From: an uncultured Candidatus Saccharibacteria bacterium
Lineage (GTDB): Bacteria; Patescibacteriota; Dojkabacteria; B142; OLB20
Reading direction: 5' to 3'
NCBI GenBank assembly: GCA_964461915.1
Contig: CAYWVD010000001.1
Coordinates: forward strand, 407,205-471,204
DNA length: 64,000 bases
Under the pieces are notes generated by a model, which was not told where the DNA came from, did no database searches, and saw only the letters and a program-made list of their open reading frames with translations. A program made the translations under genes and the position numbers. Positions 29,207-39,426 of this stretch are shown here, piece by piece (within the stretch, counting starts at the first letter, position 1; every line of letters starts with the position of its first letter).

Positions 29207-30286
29207 TTAGTTTATCTGAGCCTTGATGTCTTCTTTATAGAACTCAATTATAATTTGAATAACGGCAACAATAGGGACGATTAAAATGGCGCCCATTACC
29301 TGGAAAAGTATAAACCCAGAAACTAATGATAGGATTGTTATTATTGGATCAAGACCGATAACTTTTTTCATAAGTTTAGGGACAACAAGATTCCCTTCAA
29401 GTTGTTGTAATCCGATAAATAATACTGGAGCATAAACTATCATAAAAGTTTGCTGTGTGGCGAGAGCTATTAAAAATGACAAGATTGCACCTACGCTTAA
29501 GCCTGTTCCTGGAATAATTTCCAAAATAAAGACCAGCATTGCAATAGGAAGAGCATAATTATGCAAGGTATAATTAGGGATAAACAATGCTGGTATAGTT
29601 AGACCCAGCCATGCTGCAAATCCGGCAAGTGACATTAAAAGGATTTGAGCTCTAAACCATTTACCTAATTTTTCAGAAATACTTTTGAATAAACCAAGGT
29701 ATCTTTTCTTTTGGTCGTTTGGCACAAAAACAGTTGCACCTAATAAAATGTCTTCTTTTCGAGATAGTAAGTATATTGAAAGGATTATTATCATACCGAA
29801 AGCAATACTAAAGCTTGATGCAAAGCTTAAGATCCCAAGGGCTCCACTTAGTCCGGAAGCAAACATTGAACCATCAACTTTTAACAAAGACGAAACTAGT
29901 TCTTTTAAACTATCTTGAACAACATTTGGATCAAGAAATTGAAGCTCAGCTGGCAAAGTCAAACTGGTTAAAATACTATAAACCAAATTTGGGATCTGAG
30001 AGATGAGGTTTGTAAGCTGAGTCCAAGCCTCACCAATTATCGTGCCTACAAAAAGGCCTAAAACTACAAAAACCAATAAATAAATCAAGGCAATAGCAAT
30101 TCCTCTTGGGACTTTTATTGAAACTAATTTATCAACATAATCTCTAAAGGCAGAACTTAAAATATAAGCAATAAAGAACATAAAGAAGACTAGCCTAAGT
30201 TCCCACGCCACAAAGAACCCCAATATAACCAAAAAAGCTAATATTACAGATTTAGGAGACAGCTCAACTTTCATTTTATTATGCAT
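29207..30286 (-). CDS. AI-2E family (PerM/UPF0118) transporter
   Basis: 8 predicted TM helices; C-terminal region LEGNLVVPKLMKKVIGLDPIITILSLV matches the AI-2E conserved block. Confidence 0.55.
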   Translation of the reverse strand: MHNKMKVELSPKSVILAFLVILGFFVAWELRLVFFMFFIAYILSSAFRDYVDKLVSIKVPRGIAIALIYLLVFVVLGLFVGTIIGEAWTQLTNLISQIPNLVYSILTSLTLPAELQFLDPNVVQDSLKELVSSLLKVDGSMFASGLSGALGILSFASSFSIAFGMIIILSIYLLSRKEDILLGATVFVPNDQKKRYLGLFKSISEKLGKWFRAQILLMSLAGFAAWLGLTIPALFIPNYTLHNYALPIAMLVFILEIIPGTGLSVGAILSFLIALATQQTFMIVYAPVLFIGLQQLEGNLVVPKLMKKVIGLDPIITILSLVSGFILFQVMGAILIVPIVAVIQIIIEFYKEDIKAQIN

Positions 30287-30288
30287 AG

Positions 30289-30816
30289 TTATTTTTTAAT
30301 TAAATCAATTTCGGCAAATAAGTCCTTAAAGAAAATTATACTAAAAGATAACGAGAATAAAAGTGAAATCATCAAAACCCAGCTATAAGAAAGTCCTTGG
30401 AAATAATTAATTATTATCAAAAGCGTAGCCATCCACATAAATCCAAGCCATATGATGCCAGAGTGATAAAGTTTAAATGAGGTGGAAATCATATTTAGCA
30501 AATTGAATTTAGCTAATTTTGCGATGGATTCATTACTAATATGTGAATCATGAAAATAAATTGCCTTTATTAAAATAAATGACATCCCAATTAAAACAGT
30601 CGTAAACATTATTAGATCAGAATATGAAGAAACAAGCATTAAACTATCTGCGGGGACAAAAGTGTTGAACTGTAATAAATTATGATTAGCGGAATCAAAA
30701 TCTAAGGGGATATTCCATAAAGACGATACGAAAAAAATACCGGCGAATTTACCTAATACCATTAAAATAGCAGGAAGTATACTATATTCGATTAGCTTGA
30801 GCAGTGTTTTTTTCAT
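30289..30816 (-). CDS. Hypothetical integral membrane protein (4-5 TM)
   Basis: ORF with multiple hydrophobic helices; no recognisable motif; gene-end coupled to the AI-2E gene. Confidence 0.4.
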   Translation of the reverse strand: MKKTLLKLIEYSILPAILMVLGKFAGIFFVSSLWNIPLDFDSANHNLLQFNTFVPADSLMLVSSYSDLIMFTTVLIGMSFILIKAIYFHDSHISNESIAKLAKFNLLNMISTSFKLYHSGIIWLGFMWMATLLIIINYFQGLSYSWVLMISLLFSLSFSIIFFKDLFAEIDLIKK

Positions 30817-30833
30817 TTTGTATACCTAATCTT

Positions 30834-31091
30834 CTATTTTTTTGTAGAAGAACTGTTTTTAACAAAAGCTGAAATTTTAGATTTGATTCTAGCAGCTTTT
30901 TTAGAATGAATTACACCTTTTTTAACTGCTAAATCAACTTTACTATAAACAGAATTTATCTCTTTTTTAGGAGTTTTTGAACTTTTTAAAGTCTTGATTT
31001 GGTCTTTGAATTCTCGAGTTACACGGACATTGACCTTCTGTCTCCTTTTGCTAACTCTTAAAGCTTTTTTAGCTGATGCAATATTTGGCAT
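30834..31091 (-). CDS. rpsT: 30S ribosomal protein S20
   Basis: MPNIASAKKALRVSKRRQKVN typical of the S20 N-terminus; 85 aa. Confidence 0.85.
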   Translation of the reverse strand: MPNIASAKKALRVSKRRQKVNVRVTREFKDQIKTLKSSKTPKKEINSVYSKVDLAVKKGVIHSKKAARIKSKISAFVKNSSSTKK

Positions 31092-31245
31092 TACAATAAT
31101 TTGTATAATATAAAACTCTATGATTTTACTAAATTATAAGCCTATTAACAAGTTCTAGGAAGAATAATTCTAAATTATCTTTGTTTGCCAATAAATGCCC
31201 CTTTTGTTATCATTCAACTATATTCATATTTTTTAAAATACTTCG

Positions 31246-32175
31246 ATGGTAATAGCCGGAGGACTTTTAGCAGTTATAGGACCATGCCTATTTATAGTTT
31301 TATTAATTTTATTCTTTAGTTCTTTTTATACAGTTGGACAACAAACCGTTGCAATAGTTGAAAGATTCGGAAAATTCTCAAGGATAGCACGACCTGGCTT
31401 GAATTTTAAAATACCTTTAATTGAAAGAGTTGCAGGGAAAATGACCCTGAGAGTTCAGCAATTGAATGTAAAAGCAGAAACAAAAACATTAGACAATGTA
31501 TTTGTACACATTATGGTTTCTGTTCAATATTTTGTTCTTCAAGAAAAAGTCTATGACGCTTTTTACAGATTAGATGACCCAGAACTTCAAATTAATTCAT
31601 ATGTATTTGATGTGGTAAGAGCAAAAGTTCCAAAAATCAATCTTGATGACCTATTTGAGAAGAAGGATGAAATCGCTATCGCTTGTAAGACCGAACTCAA
31701 TGAAACAATGATTGGTTTTGGTTTTGAAATACTAAATGCCTTAGTAACCGACATTGAACCCGACACTAAAGTTAAAGAATCGATGAACGAGATCAATGCT
31801 GCACAAAGGTTAAGAGTGGCTGCCAATGAAAAAGGAGAAGCAGAAAAGATTCTAAAGGTCAAACAGGCAGAGGCTGAAGCTGAATCAAAAGCCCTTCAAG
31901 GTAAAGGTATAGCCGATCAAAGACGAGCAATTATCGAAGGCTTGAAAGATTCCGTGGATGATTTCCAAAAATCAGTTAGTGGATCAAATGCCCAAGAAGT
32001 AATGAACCTAGTTTTATTAACACAATACTTCGACACAATAAAAGAAATTAGTTCAACTTCAAAGACTAATACCATTTTATTGCCACATTCACCGGCTGGA
32101 ATGTCTGAAATTGCGGAACAAATGAGAAACGCAATAATAGTTGGCAACGAGGTTATAAGTAAAGATTCAAAATAA
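31246..32175 (+). CDS. SPFH/band-7 (stomatin/prohibitin-like) membrane protein
   Basis: N-terminal TM then SPFH domain ([16 protein letters not shown]...NFKIPLIE...), C-terminal coiled coil. Confidence 0.75.
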   Translation: MVIAGGLLAVIGPCLFIVLLILFFSSFYTVGQQTVAIVERFGKFSRIARPGLNFKIPLIERVAGKMTLRVQQLNVKAETKTLDNVFVHIMVSVQYFVLQEKVYDAFYRLDDPELQINSYVFDVVRAKVPKINLDDLFEKKDEIAIACKTELNETMIGFGFEILNALVTDIEPDTKVKESMNEINAAQRLRVAANEKGEAEKILKVKQAEAEAESKALQGKGIADQRRAIIEGLKDSVDDFQKSVSGSNAQEVMNLVLLTQYFDTIKEISSTSKTNTILLPHSPAGMSEIAEQMRNAIIVGNEVISKDSK

Positions 32176-33275
32176 TGAATTTAAATGAAATTGAGGTTTC
32201 ATACAGAGATCTATCTGATAGATTTGATTCAATTGTAAAAAAGCTCAACCCTGAAGATAAAAAGGCTCAGCTTATTGCACTTAAAGAGCTTTCACTCTCA
32301 AATGATTTTTGGAGTGATAATGAAAAGGCCAGTAAAATCATGAAAGAGATCGGCCTTCTCGAAAACGATCTCGAAGCTATCAACTCAATAAAAAGTCAAC
32401 TCGCCGAAATGCCCATAATGTTTGATTTGATTAAGTCTGAAGGTAAAGAAGAGTCTTCACAAGAGGTATCTGATCTTTCTTCTCAAATTTTAGAATTAGA
32501 AAAATTCATTGAAAAAATTGAATTAAAAACTTTTCTAAATGGGAAGTTTGATAAATCAGATGCAATTTTAAGTATCCATGCAGGGCAAGGTGGAACCGAA
32601 GCCAATGATTGGGCAGAAATGCTATTAAGGATGTATTTACGATATTTCGAGAAGGCCGGATTCGATTCCGAAATCATTCATAAAATAGACGGAGGTGAAG
32701 CCGGAATAGATGCCGTCACAATTGAAGTCCATGGCCCATACGCTTTTGGATTTTTAAAAAAGGAGCATGGCGCGCACCGATTGGTTAGAGTTTCTCCATA
32801 TAATGCTCAAGGATTAAGGCAAACATCTTTTGCTGGAGTGGAAGTTATGCCATTAATTGAAGATGATATTGATGTCAATTTAAAGCCGGAGGATATTGAA
32901 TTCGCGGCGATACGCTCAGCCGGCGCAGGGGGACAAAATGTAAACAAAGTTTCAACTGCAGTAAGACTCGTTCACAAACCGACAGGAATAGTTGTTACCT
33001 CGCAATCAGAAAGAAGCCAGCTTAGAAATCGTGAAGCTGCAATGAATATTTTAAGGGGTAAATTGTATCAAAAGGAATTAGAAAAGTTTGAAGCCGAACA
33101 AAGCTCAATTAAAGGTGAATATAAGATAGCAGGGTGGGGAAATCAAATACGAAATTATGTATTAAATCCTTATAAATTGGTAAAAGATCTGAGGACTAAA
33201 TTAGAAACAACAAACACAGAAGCCATCCTCGACGGCGACCTACAAGAGTTTATAAATGCAGAAATCCGTTTATAA
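32175..33275 (+). CDS. prfB: Peptide chain release factor 2 (single uninterrupted ORF, no +1 frameshift site)
   Basis: GGQ motif ([11 protein letters not shown]), RF2-type tripeptide region [13 protein letters not shown] (SPF-like, SPY variant); 366 aa. Confidence 0.85.
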   Translation: MNLNEIEVSYRDLSDRFDSIVKKLNPEDKKAQLIALKELSLSNDFWSDNEKASKIMKEIGLLENDLEAINSIKSQLAEMPIMFDLIKSEGKEESSQEVSDLSSQILELEKFIEKIELKTFLNGKFDKSDAILSIHAGQGGTEANDWAEMLLRMYLRYFEKAGFDSEIIHKIDGGEAGIDAVTIEVHGPYAFGFLKKEHGAHRLVRVSPYNAQGLRQTSFAGVEVMPLIEDDIDVNLKPEDIEFAAIRSAGAGGQNVNKVSTAVRLVHKPTGIVVTSQSERSQLRNREAAMNILRGKLYQKELEKFEAEQSSIKGEYKIAGWGNQIRNYVLNPYKLVKDLRTKLETTNTEAILDGDLQEFINAEIRL

Positions 33276-33300
33276 ATTCGCCACAAAAAATACGATATGA

Positions 33301-33957
33301 TTATTTATATATTTTGAGTATTTGCCCTGGAATTATTAATGCCTGACTGCCATTTGGCAAGTAGCCGATTGATTTTGAATTAGCATCAAGAATTTTATGC
33401 CATTCAAAGCCAGTCCCGTAAACAGCTTCAGAAATTTCCCATAAGGTGTCACCCAATTTCACTTCATATTCACCTATACCAATATCTCCGTGAAAGTAAT
33501 CTGTTGCAGTCCACCTACCGGTTTGTTTAATTCTTGAGATATTTTCATCTGATCTTTCTTTAGCAGATAAAGTTAGAGCATCAACTCGTCCGGTACTGCT
33601 TCCTTCATTAATATTGCCGTCAGTATTGCCATCAGGCAAGGTATCTATCAATTCACCAATACCATCAATTGTTAAGACTTCGTTATTTGTGTTATCAGTA
33701 ATTGGTTCTTTTACTGCCAAAGAAAACAATCCATTTAATAAAAAATATAAACCGACTACAATCAAAACGATTGACAGGAAGGATGTTAAATATCTGAACT
33801 TGTATTTTAATCCAGTCTGAAAATCTTCAAGCTCATCTGATTTTGTACCCGAAGAAACTACTTGTGCCTTTTGCGTTTTTAGCTTTTCAGGAGGTACGGA
33901 TACAACCTTAGGATTTACCTTACTGAGCTTTTTAGCTTTGGGAGAAGACTTTGCCAT
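33301..33957 (-). CDS. LysM-domain peptidoglycan-binding protein, type-II membrane topology
   Basis: Lys-rich cytoplasmic N-terminus, single TM (LSIVLIVVGLYFLLNGLF), C-terminal LysM (YEVKLGDTLWEISEAVYG...ILDANS...IIPGQILKI). Confidence 0.7.
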   Translation of the reverse strand: MAKSSPKAKKLSKVNPKVVSVPPEKLKTQKAQVVSSGTKSDELEDFQTGLKYKFRYLTSFLSIVLIVVGLYFLLNGLFSLAVKEPITDNTNNEVLTIDGIGELIDTLPDGNTDGNINEGSSTGRVDALTLSAKERSDENISRIKQTGRWTATDYFHGDIGIGEYEVKLGDTLWEISEAVYGTGFEWHKILDANSKSIGYLPNGSQALIIPGQILKIYK

Positions 33958-34035
33958 TTTAATCTATTTTATAAATATATTAATCTGGGCAGGATTCAAT
34001 TTATAGTAACTTAAATTTGATACAAAAATCAATAT

Positions 34036-35094
34036 TTAATTCTTATATAAGAACAATAATTTGTTTTCTAAAGAATTCTCGACAAAATCCTCTTCGACAT
34101 TGAATGATTTTTCTAAAGTCAGAACGGAAAATAGGGATCCCCAGAAATCTGTTTCTTCGAATTCCTTTACAATTTTGTAGTCGCTTCCAAGACTTAATTT
34201 ATCATTGATATATTTATAAGCAAGATCTCTCGAACCGGTTTCATCAATGAGTCCGAGTTCTAAGGCTCTTTTGTTACCATAAGGCAAAGCCTTAACTGAT
34301 GTTTTTATTGTACTTGCGGGAATATCTCGCTGTTTGCTTATGTAGTCGACAAATTCTTGATAGACATCGTTAGTATCTTCTTGCATAATTTGTTTTTCGA
34401 CATCTGTCATTGGTCTATAGGGATTACCGAAATCTTTGAATTCACCTGAAGTAATGTAGTATGTATCGATACCGTTCTCGGTTGAGATGCTTGTTGTACC
34501 GTCATTTTCTGAAATTACATTTTTGTAATATTTAAATGGCCCAAAAATAACACCAATACTACCAATCATGCTTCCACTATCTGCTACGATGTATTCTCCG
34601 GACGCTGCTGCCCAATAGCCGCCACTTGCTCCTAATCCCATAATATGGGATACGACTGGATTGCCGGTTTTCTCAATATATTCGGCTACACCATCTGAAA
34701 TTGCTTTTGAACCAGTAACAGTACCACCTGGCGAATCAATTGCTAAAACAACCCCTTTAATTGAATCATCTAGAGCAGCATTTATTAAGGTTTCTTTGAC
34801 CTCATACCCAAATGTCATATCAGCATAAAGGAATGATAAAAAATCATTCGGCTTTTCATTCAAAATTGTTCCAGATATTGGGATGACTAGAATTGAATTT
34901 TTACTAGATTCATCGCCACCAATAACTTCAAGTTCTAAATTCGATGTGGAATGTATTGTCGGACTATTGTCTCCGGAAGCAACAGCCAACAAGAGAAAAG
35001 GGCAAGCAAAACACAAAATACACAAGAACAACACAGCTATAAATAGAGCAATAAATAATAGCCATCGACCTTTATTTTTTTTTGATTCTTCCAT
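34036..35094 (-). CDS. sppA: Signal peptide peptidase SppA (S49 family, 36K type)
   Basis: ClpP/crotonase-fold S49 motifs (GASGGYWAAASGEYIVADSGSMIGSIGV; catalytic Ser/Lys context); N-terminal TM. Confidence 0.75.
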   Translation of the reverse strand: MEESKKNKGRWLLFIALFIAVLFLCILCFACPFLLLAVASGDNSPTIHSTSNLELEVIGGDESSKNSILVIPISGTILNEKPNDFLSFLYADMTFGYEVKETLINAALDDSIKGVVLAIDSPGGTVTGSKAISDGVAEYIEKTGNPVVSHIMGLGASGGYWAAASGEYIVADSGSMIGSIGVIFGPFKYYKNVISENDGTTSISTENGIDTYYITSGEFKDFGNPYRPMTDVEKQIMQEDTNDVYQEFVDYISKQRDIPASTIKTSVKALPYGNKRALELGLIDETGSRDLAYKYINDKLSLGSDYKIVKEFEETDFWGSLFSVLTLEKSFNVEEDFVENSLENKLLFLYKN

Positions 35095-35211
35095 TTAAAA
35101 TATTTATAAGTAGTAAAGAACAATATAACAAAAGAAATCCACAAATTGAAGTAAATCTTAAAATTGCATAACTAGCAAGTTTTCTATACACTATATTGAA
35201 GAAAGGAAAAA

Positions 35212-36327
35212 ATGATTCAATTTGTAACAGTATCAAAAAAATACGATAACGATTACGAAGCCCTAAATGAAATCAATTTTGAGATTCAAGATGGCGAATT
35301 CGCATTCTTAGTAGGCCCCTCGGGCTCAGGTAAAACCACTATAATAAAGTTATTGATTCGTGAAGAAGTTCCAAGTTCGGGAAAGATTTACTTTGATGAT
35401 CAAGACATTACCAAATTTAATAGGCAAGATGTCTATTCTTTAAGACGAAAAATTGGAGTTATTTTCCAAGATTTTAAATTGATCAATGAACTCACAGCTT
35501 ATGAAAATATTGCCTTTGTGATGGAAGCAGCTGGCAAACCAGAAAAAGAAATAATCGAGAATGTTCCCTACCTATTAGATATTGTCGGTCTCAGCAGTAG
35601 AATGAAGGCTTTCCCCGAACAATTATCAGGCGGAGAAAAACAAAGAGTAGCAATTGCAAGAGCTATGGCTAATAATCCAAAACTTTTAATAGCAGACGAG
35701 CCAACAGGGAACTTAGATCCTGAGACAGCCTGGGATATTGCTCAAATACTTTATAAAATTAATAATTGGGGGACAACAGTTTTGATGTCTACTCATGGAT
35801 CCGATATTGTGAATTCTATGCATAAAAGAGTCATAAGACTTCAAAAAGGGCAAATCATTAGAGATGATTATAAAGGAGGATACGATGATGTAGATGAATA
35901 TAGTATGAAGATTTTAACATCAAATGAATCTGATAAATCTATTCAATTGAGATCTTCAAAATCGGAAAAACCCCAAATTGTAACTGAGGATATAAAAGTT
36001 GAAGGAACAGCTGAAGTAATCAAGGTTTCAGAAAAACCAGAAGTTATAGAGGAAAAAAAGGTCGACGGAAAAAGAAAAAAGAAGATTTCTTTTTCAGTTA
36101 AATCAAAATCTCCTAAAGTTGTCCTTAGCGCAAAAAACACTCCTAAGGAAAAACCCGAACAAACGCTTGAAAATTCTGGCCTAAATGAAAGCTTGGTAAA
36201 AACCCTTAAAGAAATCGGTTATACGGATTTAGAAAGCTTGAAAGAGAAGGGGGTAGACCATTTAAGAAATATCGATAAACTTACCGATATTCAAATTAAA
36301 CAAATTCAAAAATTAATTAATAATTAA
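35212..36327 (+). CDS. ftsE: Cell division ATP-binding protein FtsE with ~145-aa C-terminal extension (K/E-rich linker + HhH-like domain)
   Basis: FtsE core residues 1-225 (Walker A GPSGSGKTT, signature LSGGEKQRVAIARA, Walker B LLIADEPTGNLD) followed by a low-complexity Lys/Glu stretch and LNESLVKTLKEIGYTDLESL...LTDIQIKQIQKLI resembling a helix-hairpin-helix module. Confidence 0.8.
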   Translation: MIQFVTVSKKYDNDYEALNEINFEIQDGEFAFLVGPSGSGKTTIIKLLIREEVPSSGKIYFDDQDITKFNRQDVYSLRRKIGVIFQDFKLINELTAYENIAFVMEAAGKPEKEIIENVPYLLDIVGLSSRMKAFPEQLSGGEKQRVAIARAMANNPKLLIADEPTGNLDPETAWDIAQILYKINNWGTTVLMSTHGSDIVNSMHKRVIRLQKGQIIRDDYKGGYDDVDEYSMKILTSNESDKSIQLRSSKSEKPQIVTEDIKVEGTAEVIKVSEKPEVIEEKKVDGKRKKKISFSVKSKSPKVVLSAKNTPKEKPEQTLENSGLNESLVKTLKEIGYTDLESLKEKGVDHLRNIDKLTDIQIKQIQKLINN

Positions 36328-36332
36328 ATAAT

Positions 36333-37262
36333 ATGGGCGTTTTTACATCGATAAAAAGATCGTTTGGCAATACTAAGAAACAGATCAAACGAAGTGGATG
36401 GCTTGCTTGGGCATCAGTCTTAGTCATGACATTAGCGTTTTTCATAGCAAGTGTATTTTTGCTATTGGCTTACCTTTCGAATCTTTTCTTATTATCAATA
36501 GAAAACAAACCTCATATTTATGTCTTTTTTAATGCTGGTACTCAAGAATCAACAATTAAAACACTTAATGACCAATTAATTTCGATGGATGAAGTTTTCC
36601 ATGTCGAATATACAGATGAGAAGGGCGCAATCACTGAATTTAAGGCTGTTCAAGAGAAAAAGGATCCTCAACTCGCACAAAACATTAGATCAAATGTATT
36701 ACCACCAAGTTTGGGGGTTAGATTAAAAAGTATAGACGATGCGGATAAATTTATAACATATTTATCTAATGAAAAGTTAAACAATGATGACATCTTTGCA
36801 GTCAGATACAGCAAAGAATCAATTGATATGATTAAAACACTTTTCTATTGGCTTCGTATCGGCGGGGGGATAATTATTGGTTTATTGCTTGTGGTAATTT
36901 TTCTTTTCACACTTCTTACGGTAGAGTTTAGAACCTTCTCTAGAGCAGAAGAAATTGGAATTATGCAACTTGTAGGCGGGAGTCTTTGGTTTATCCGGTC
37001 TCCGTTCATATTCGAAGGCGCATTCTATGGAATGGTAGGTTCTTTCATAGCTAATTCAATTATCTTCATATTGTATTTTATTGTTTTTTACCTAAATGCC
37101 AGCAGTTCTGCTGTCACCTTCGTAATAAATTTGTTTGGGAATCTTTCTTGGCCAACATTAGAACCAGTTCACTACATAATATTCTTTTTAGGGACATTAT
37201 TATTCGGAGCAATAGTCGGTGCATTCAATAGCATAGTAGCCATAAGGAAATATATTTATTAA
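36333..37262 (+). CDS. ftsX: Cell division permease FtsX
   Basis: 4 TM with large periplasmic loop 1; immediately after ftsE. Confidence 0.8.
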   Translation: MGVFTSIKRSFGNTKKQIKRSGWLAWASVLVMTLAFFIASVFLLLAYLSNLFLLSIENKPHIYVFFNAGTQESTIKTLNDQLISMDEVFHVEYTDEKGAITEFKAVQEKKDPQLAQNIRSNVLPPSLGVRLKSIDDADKFITYLSNEKLNNDDIFAVRYSKESIDMIKTLFYWLRIGGGIIIGLLLVVIFLFTLLTVEFRTFSRAEEIGIMQLVGGSLWFIRSPFIFEGAFYGMVGSFIANSIIFILYFIVFYLNASSSAVTFVINLFGNLSWPTLEPVHYIIFFLGTLLFGAIVGAFNSIVAIRKYIY

Positions 37263-37281
37263 TTTGTGCTATATTATTTAT

Positions 37282-38514
37282 ATGAAGAGTTTTTTAAAGA
37301 AAATCAACTTCTTTCTTATAATAATATTTGCGTTTAGCTTCTCATCTCCGATATTAACCGTGAATGCAACACTGCAAGATGATCTCGCTGCGGTCCAACA
37401 AAAGCTTAAAGATATTAAGAATCAGAAGAATACAATTCAACAATCATTAAATAAAGATAAATCTCTCCAGAATCAATATTCAGTTGAGATTATGAATTTA
37501 AAAAATCAGATCGATCTATTAGATACTGAAATCAAAGAAAAGGATCTTATTATTCAAGAACTTAATCTTCAAATCCAAATACTAACTCAAAATATTGAGA
37601 CAACCACTAACGAGATTTCAACTGCAAAAAATGAAATAGTGAAGCTTGAAGACGAAACCGATAAAAGGCTTGTTGATATTTATATTTCTGAAAAGACCTT
37701 TTCTCAACTCGATATGTTCTTAAATGAACAAGGTGGAGACATAATCAAACTTAGCGTTTACCAAAAGTCTTTTCAAATGGAAACTAATAAATTATTGAAT
37801 GAATTAAACCAAAAGAAAATTGATCTTGAAAAAAAACAAAAACAACTCGAAACCGATAAAGCTCAAATAATTTTAGATCAAACTACCCTCGAAACCGAAA
37901 AGGTAGCACTTACAAAAAAGCAAGCTGAATTAGATGGCCAGCGAGCCGTTTTCTACAAAAAACGAAACGAATTAACTGCAAGCATTCAACAGAATAATGA
38001 TCTAATCAATATCTATTCTCAGGAAGAACAAAAGACTCTTGCACTTCAAAACAAAATTGAACAAGAACTTTTTAATAATGTCGCTAACCTTGGAAACGGA
38101 ACTTATGTAGTAAAAGGGACCATCATTGGTCGCCAAGGATATTCAGGCTATGTGATTCCAAAAGGGCCATCTGGAGCTCATCTTCATTTTGCAACAAAAG
38201 TAAATGGGAGTTCAGTAAATCCATGTTCCTTGTTACCAACAGGGACATTCTCAAATTGTGGAGGTTCAGGACAAATCAGTTGGCCACTAAGAAGTCCTTT
38301 CTATTACACATCATCCTATGGGTGGAGATGGGGCAAGTGGCATGACGCGATTGATATTGCCTCTTCAACAACACATGCTTATATCTACGCCGCCCATGAT
38401 GGCTGGCTTTACAAAGGTGGTAACTTTAGCGGCGGATTTTGGAGAAAAATCTGCGAGACTAAGGACAATTGCTCAAAAGGCGTTTATACTTTCTATCTTC
38501 ATTTAGCTGAATAA
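37282..38514 (+). CDS. EnvC-like coiled-coil protein with circularly permuted M23 (LytM) peptidase domain
   Basis: Signal peptide from ATG 37282 (the ORF-track start at 37264 is a TTG codon), ~230 aa coiled coil. Then the M23 C-half (GTYVVKGTIIGRQGYSGY...GAHLHFATKVNGSSVNP) precedes the M23 N-half (WPLRSPF...YGWRWGKWHDAIDIA...GVYTFYLHLAE, stop). Follows ftsEX as EnvC does. Confidence 0.7.
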   Translation: MKSFLKKINFFLIIIFAFSFSSPILTVNATLQDDLAAVQQKLKDIKNQKNTIQQSLNKDKSLQNQYSVEIMNLKNQIDLLDTEIKEKDLIIQELNLQIQILTQNIETTTNEISTAKNEIVKLEDETDKRLVDIYISEKTFSQLDMFLNEQGGDIIKLSVYQKSFQMETNKLLNELNQKKIDLEKKQKQLETDKAQIILDQTTLETEKVALTKKQAELDGQRAVFYKKRNELTASIQQNNDLINIYSQEEQKTLALQNKIEQELFNNVANLGNGTYVVKGTIIGRQGYSGYVIPKGPSGAHLHFATKVNGSSVNPCSLLPTGTFSNCGGSGQISWPLRSPFYYTSSYGWRWGKWHDAIDIASSTTHAYIYAAHDGWLYKGGNFSGGFWRKICETKDNCSKGVYTFYLHLAE

Positions 38515-38551
38515 CTTTCGCATATTGCGTTCTAAAAAAGCCCTAAAATTT

Positions 38552-39370
38552 CTACAGATCTTCTAGCTTTATTGCCATTGATGAATTCAGAATGCCTAGT
38601 TCGGTTCGTTCTAATGTAGCTAATATTGCATCTGTTCCCAACTTATTGCCGATATCTTCGGCTAATTGTCTGATATATGTGCCTTTTGAGCATTTTACAA
38701 ATATATCGCAATAACCATATTTCTTGTCAGGATCAATTCCTTTGAATGGTAAATCTTTTCCAAATTTAAAACCATTTTCAAGTAACTTTATATCATAAAT
38801 AGTAATTTCCCTTTGTGGGACAGCTATTGTTGTATAGACTTCTTCAGAATCCTTCCTTTTTATGACAATATCTTTAGAATCATCTTTCTTAATCACTTCG
38901 AATGAATATCTGCTGTCTCGCAAGATTTTTCTTAGTTTAACTCCTTTAACTTTAACACTACTATATATTGATACAAATTGATTATATTTACCCTTAAATG
39001 ATTCCAGAGTTTTTAATAAGTCTTCAGTTGATGGGATAAATTCAGGAGTTGAACGAATAATTTCGCCTTCCGGATCTTGAGTATAGTTAAAAAGTCCCAA
39101 GACTATTCGAGCTTTGTAAGCCTTGTCCCAATTAAGTATTTCATTACTAAGTTTTGTAGCCTTGCCAACAAGGATTAGCATCAATCCGCTTGAAAAAACA
39201 TCCAAGGCACCGGCATGCCCAACTTGTTTAATGTTGTATTTTCTTCTGACTTGATCGACTAAATCGTGTGAGGAAATATCCGAAGGCTTATTGAGTAACA
39301 ATATTCCGCTAGGTCGATTAAAATCATCAAATATCAGTTTATTAAGCTGATATTTTGCACTTGAATTCAT
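38552..39370 (-). CDS. truB: tRNA pseudouridine(55) synthase
   Basis: Catalytic motif GHAGALDVFSSGLMLILVGKATK (TruB GH.GTLDP..tGvL....G.ATK; catalytic Asp), C-terminal PUA-like region. Confidence 0.8.
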   Translation of the reverse strand: MNSSAKYQLNKLIFDDFNRPSGILLLNKPSDISSHDLVDQVRRKYNIKQVGHAGALDVFSSGLMLILVGKATKLSNEILNWDKAYKARIVLGLFNYTQDPEGEIIRSTPEFIPSTEDLLKTLESFKGKYNQFVSIYSSVKVKGVKLRKILRDSRYSFEVIKKDDSKDIVIKRKDSEEVYTTIAVPQREITIYDIKLLENGFKFGKDLPFKGIDPDKKYGYCDIFVKCSKGTYIRQLAEDIGNKLGTDAILATLERTELGILNSSMAIKLEDL

Positions 39371-39426
39371 TCTTTAATAAATCTAAACTATAGATAATAA
39401 TATCATATTTTGACTGATTTTTATTC

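Noticed and set aside
32175-32260. Programmed +1 frameshift site in prfB
   Set aside because: The ORF is continuous from the ATG. No in-frame TGA or CUU UGA C context in the first ~30 codons.
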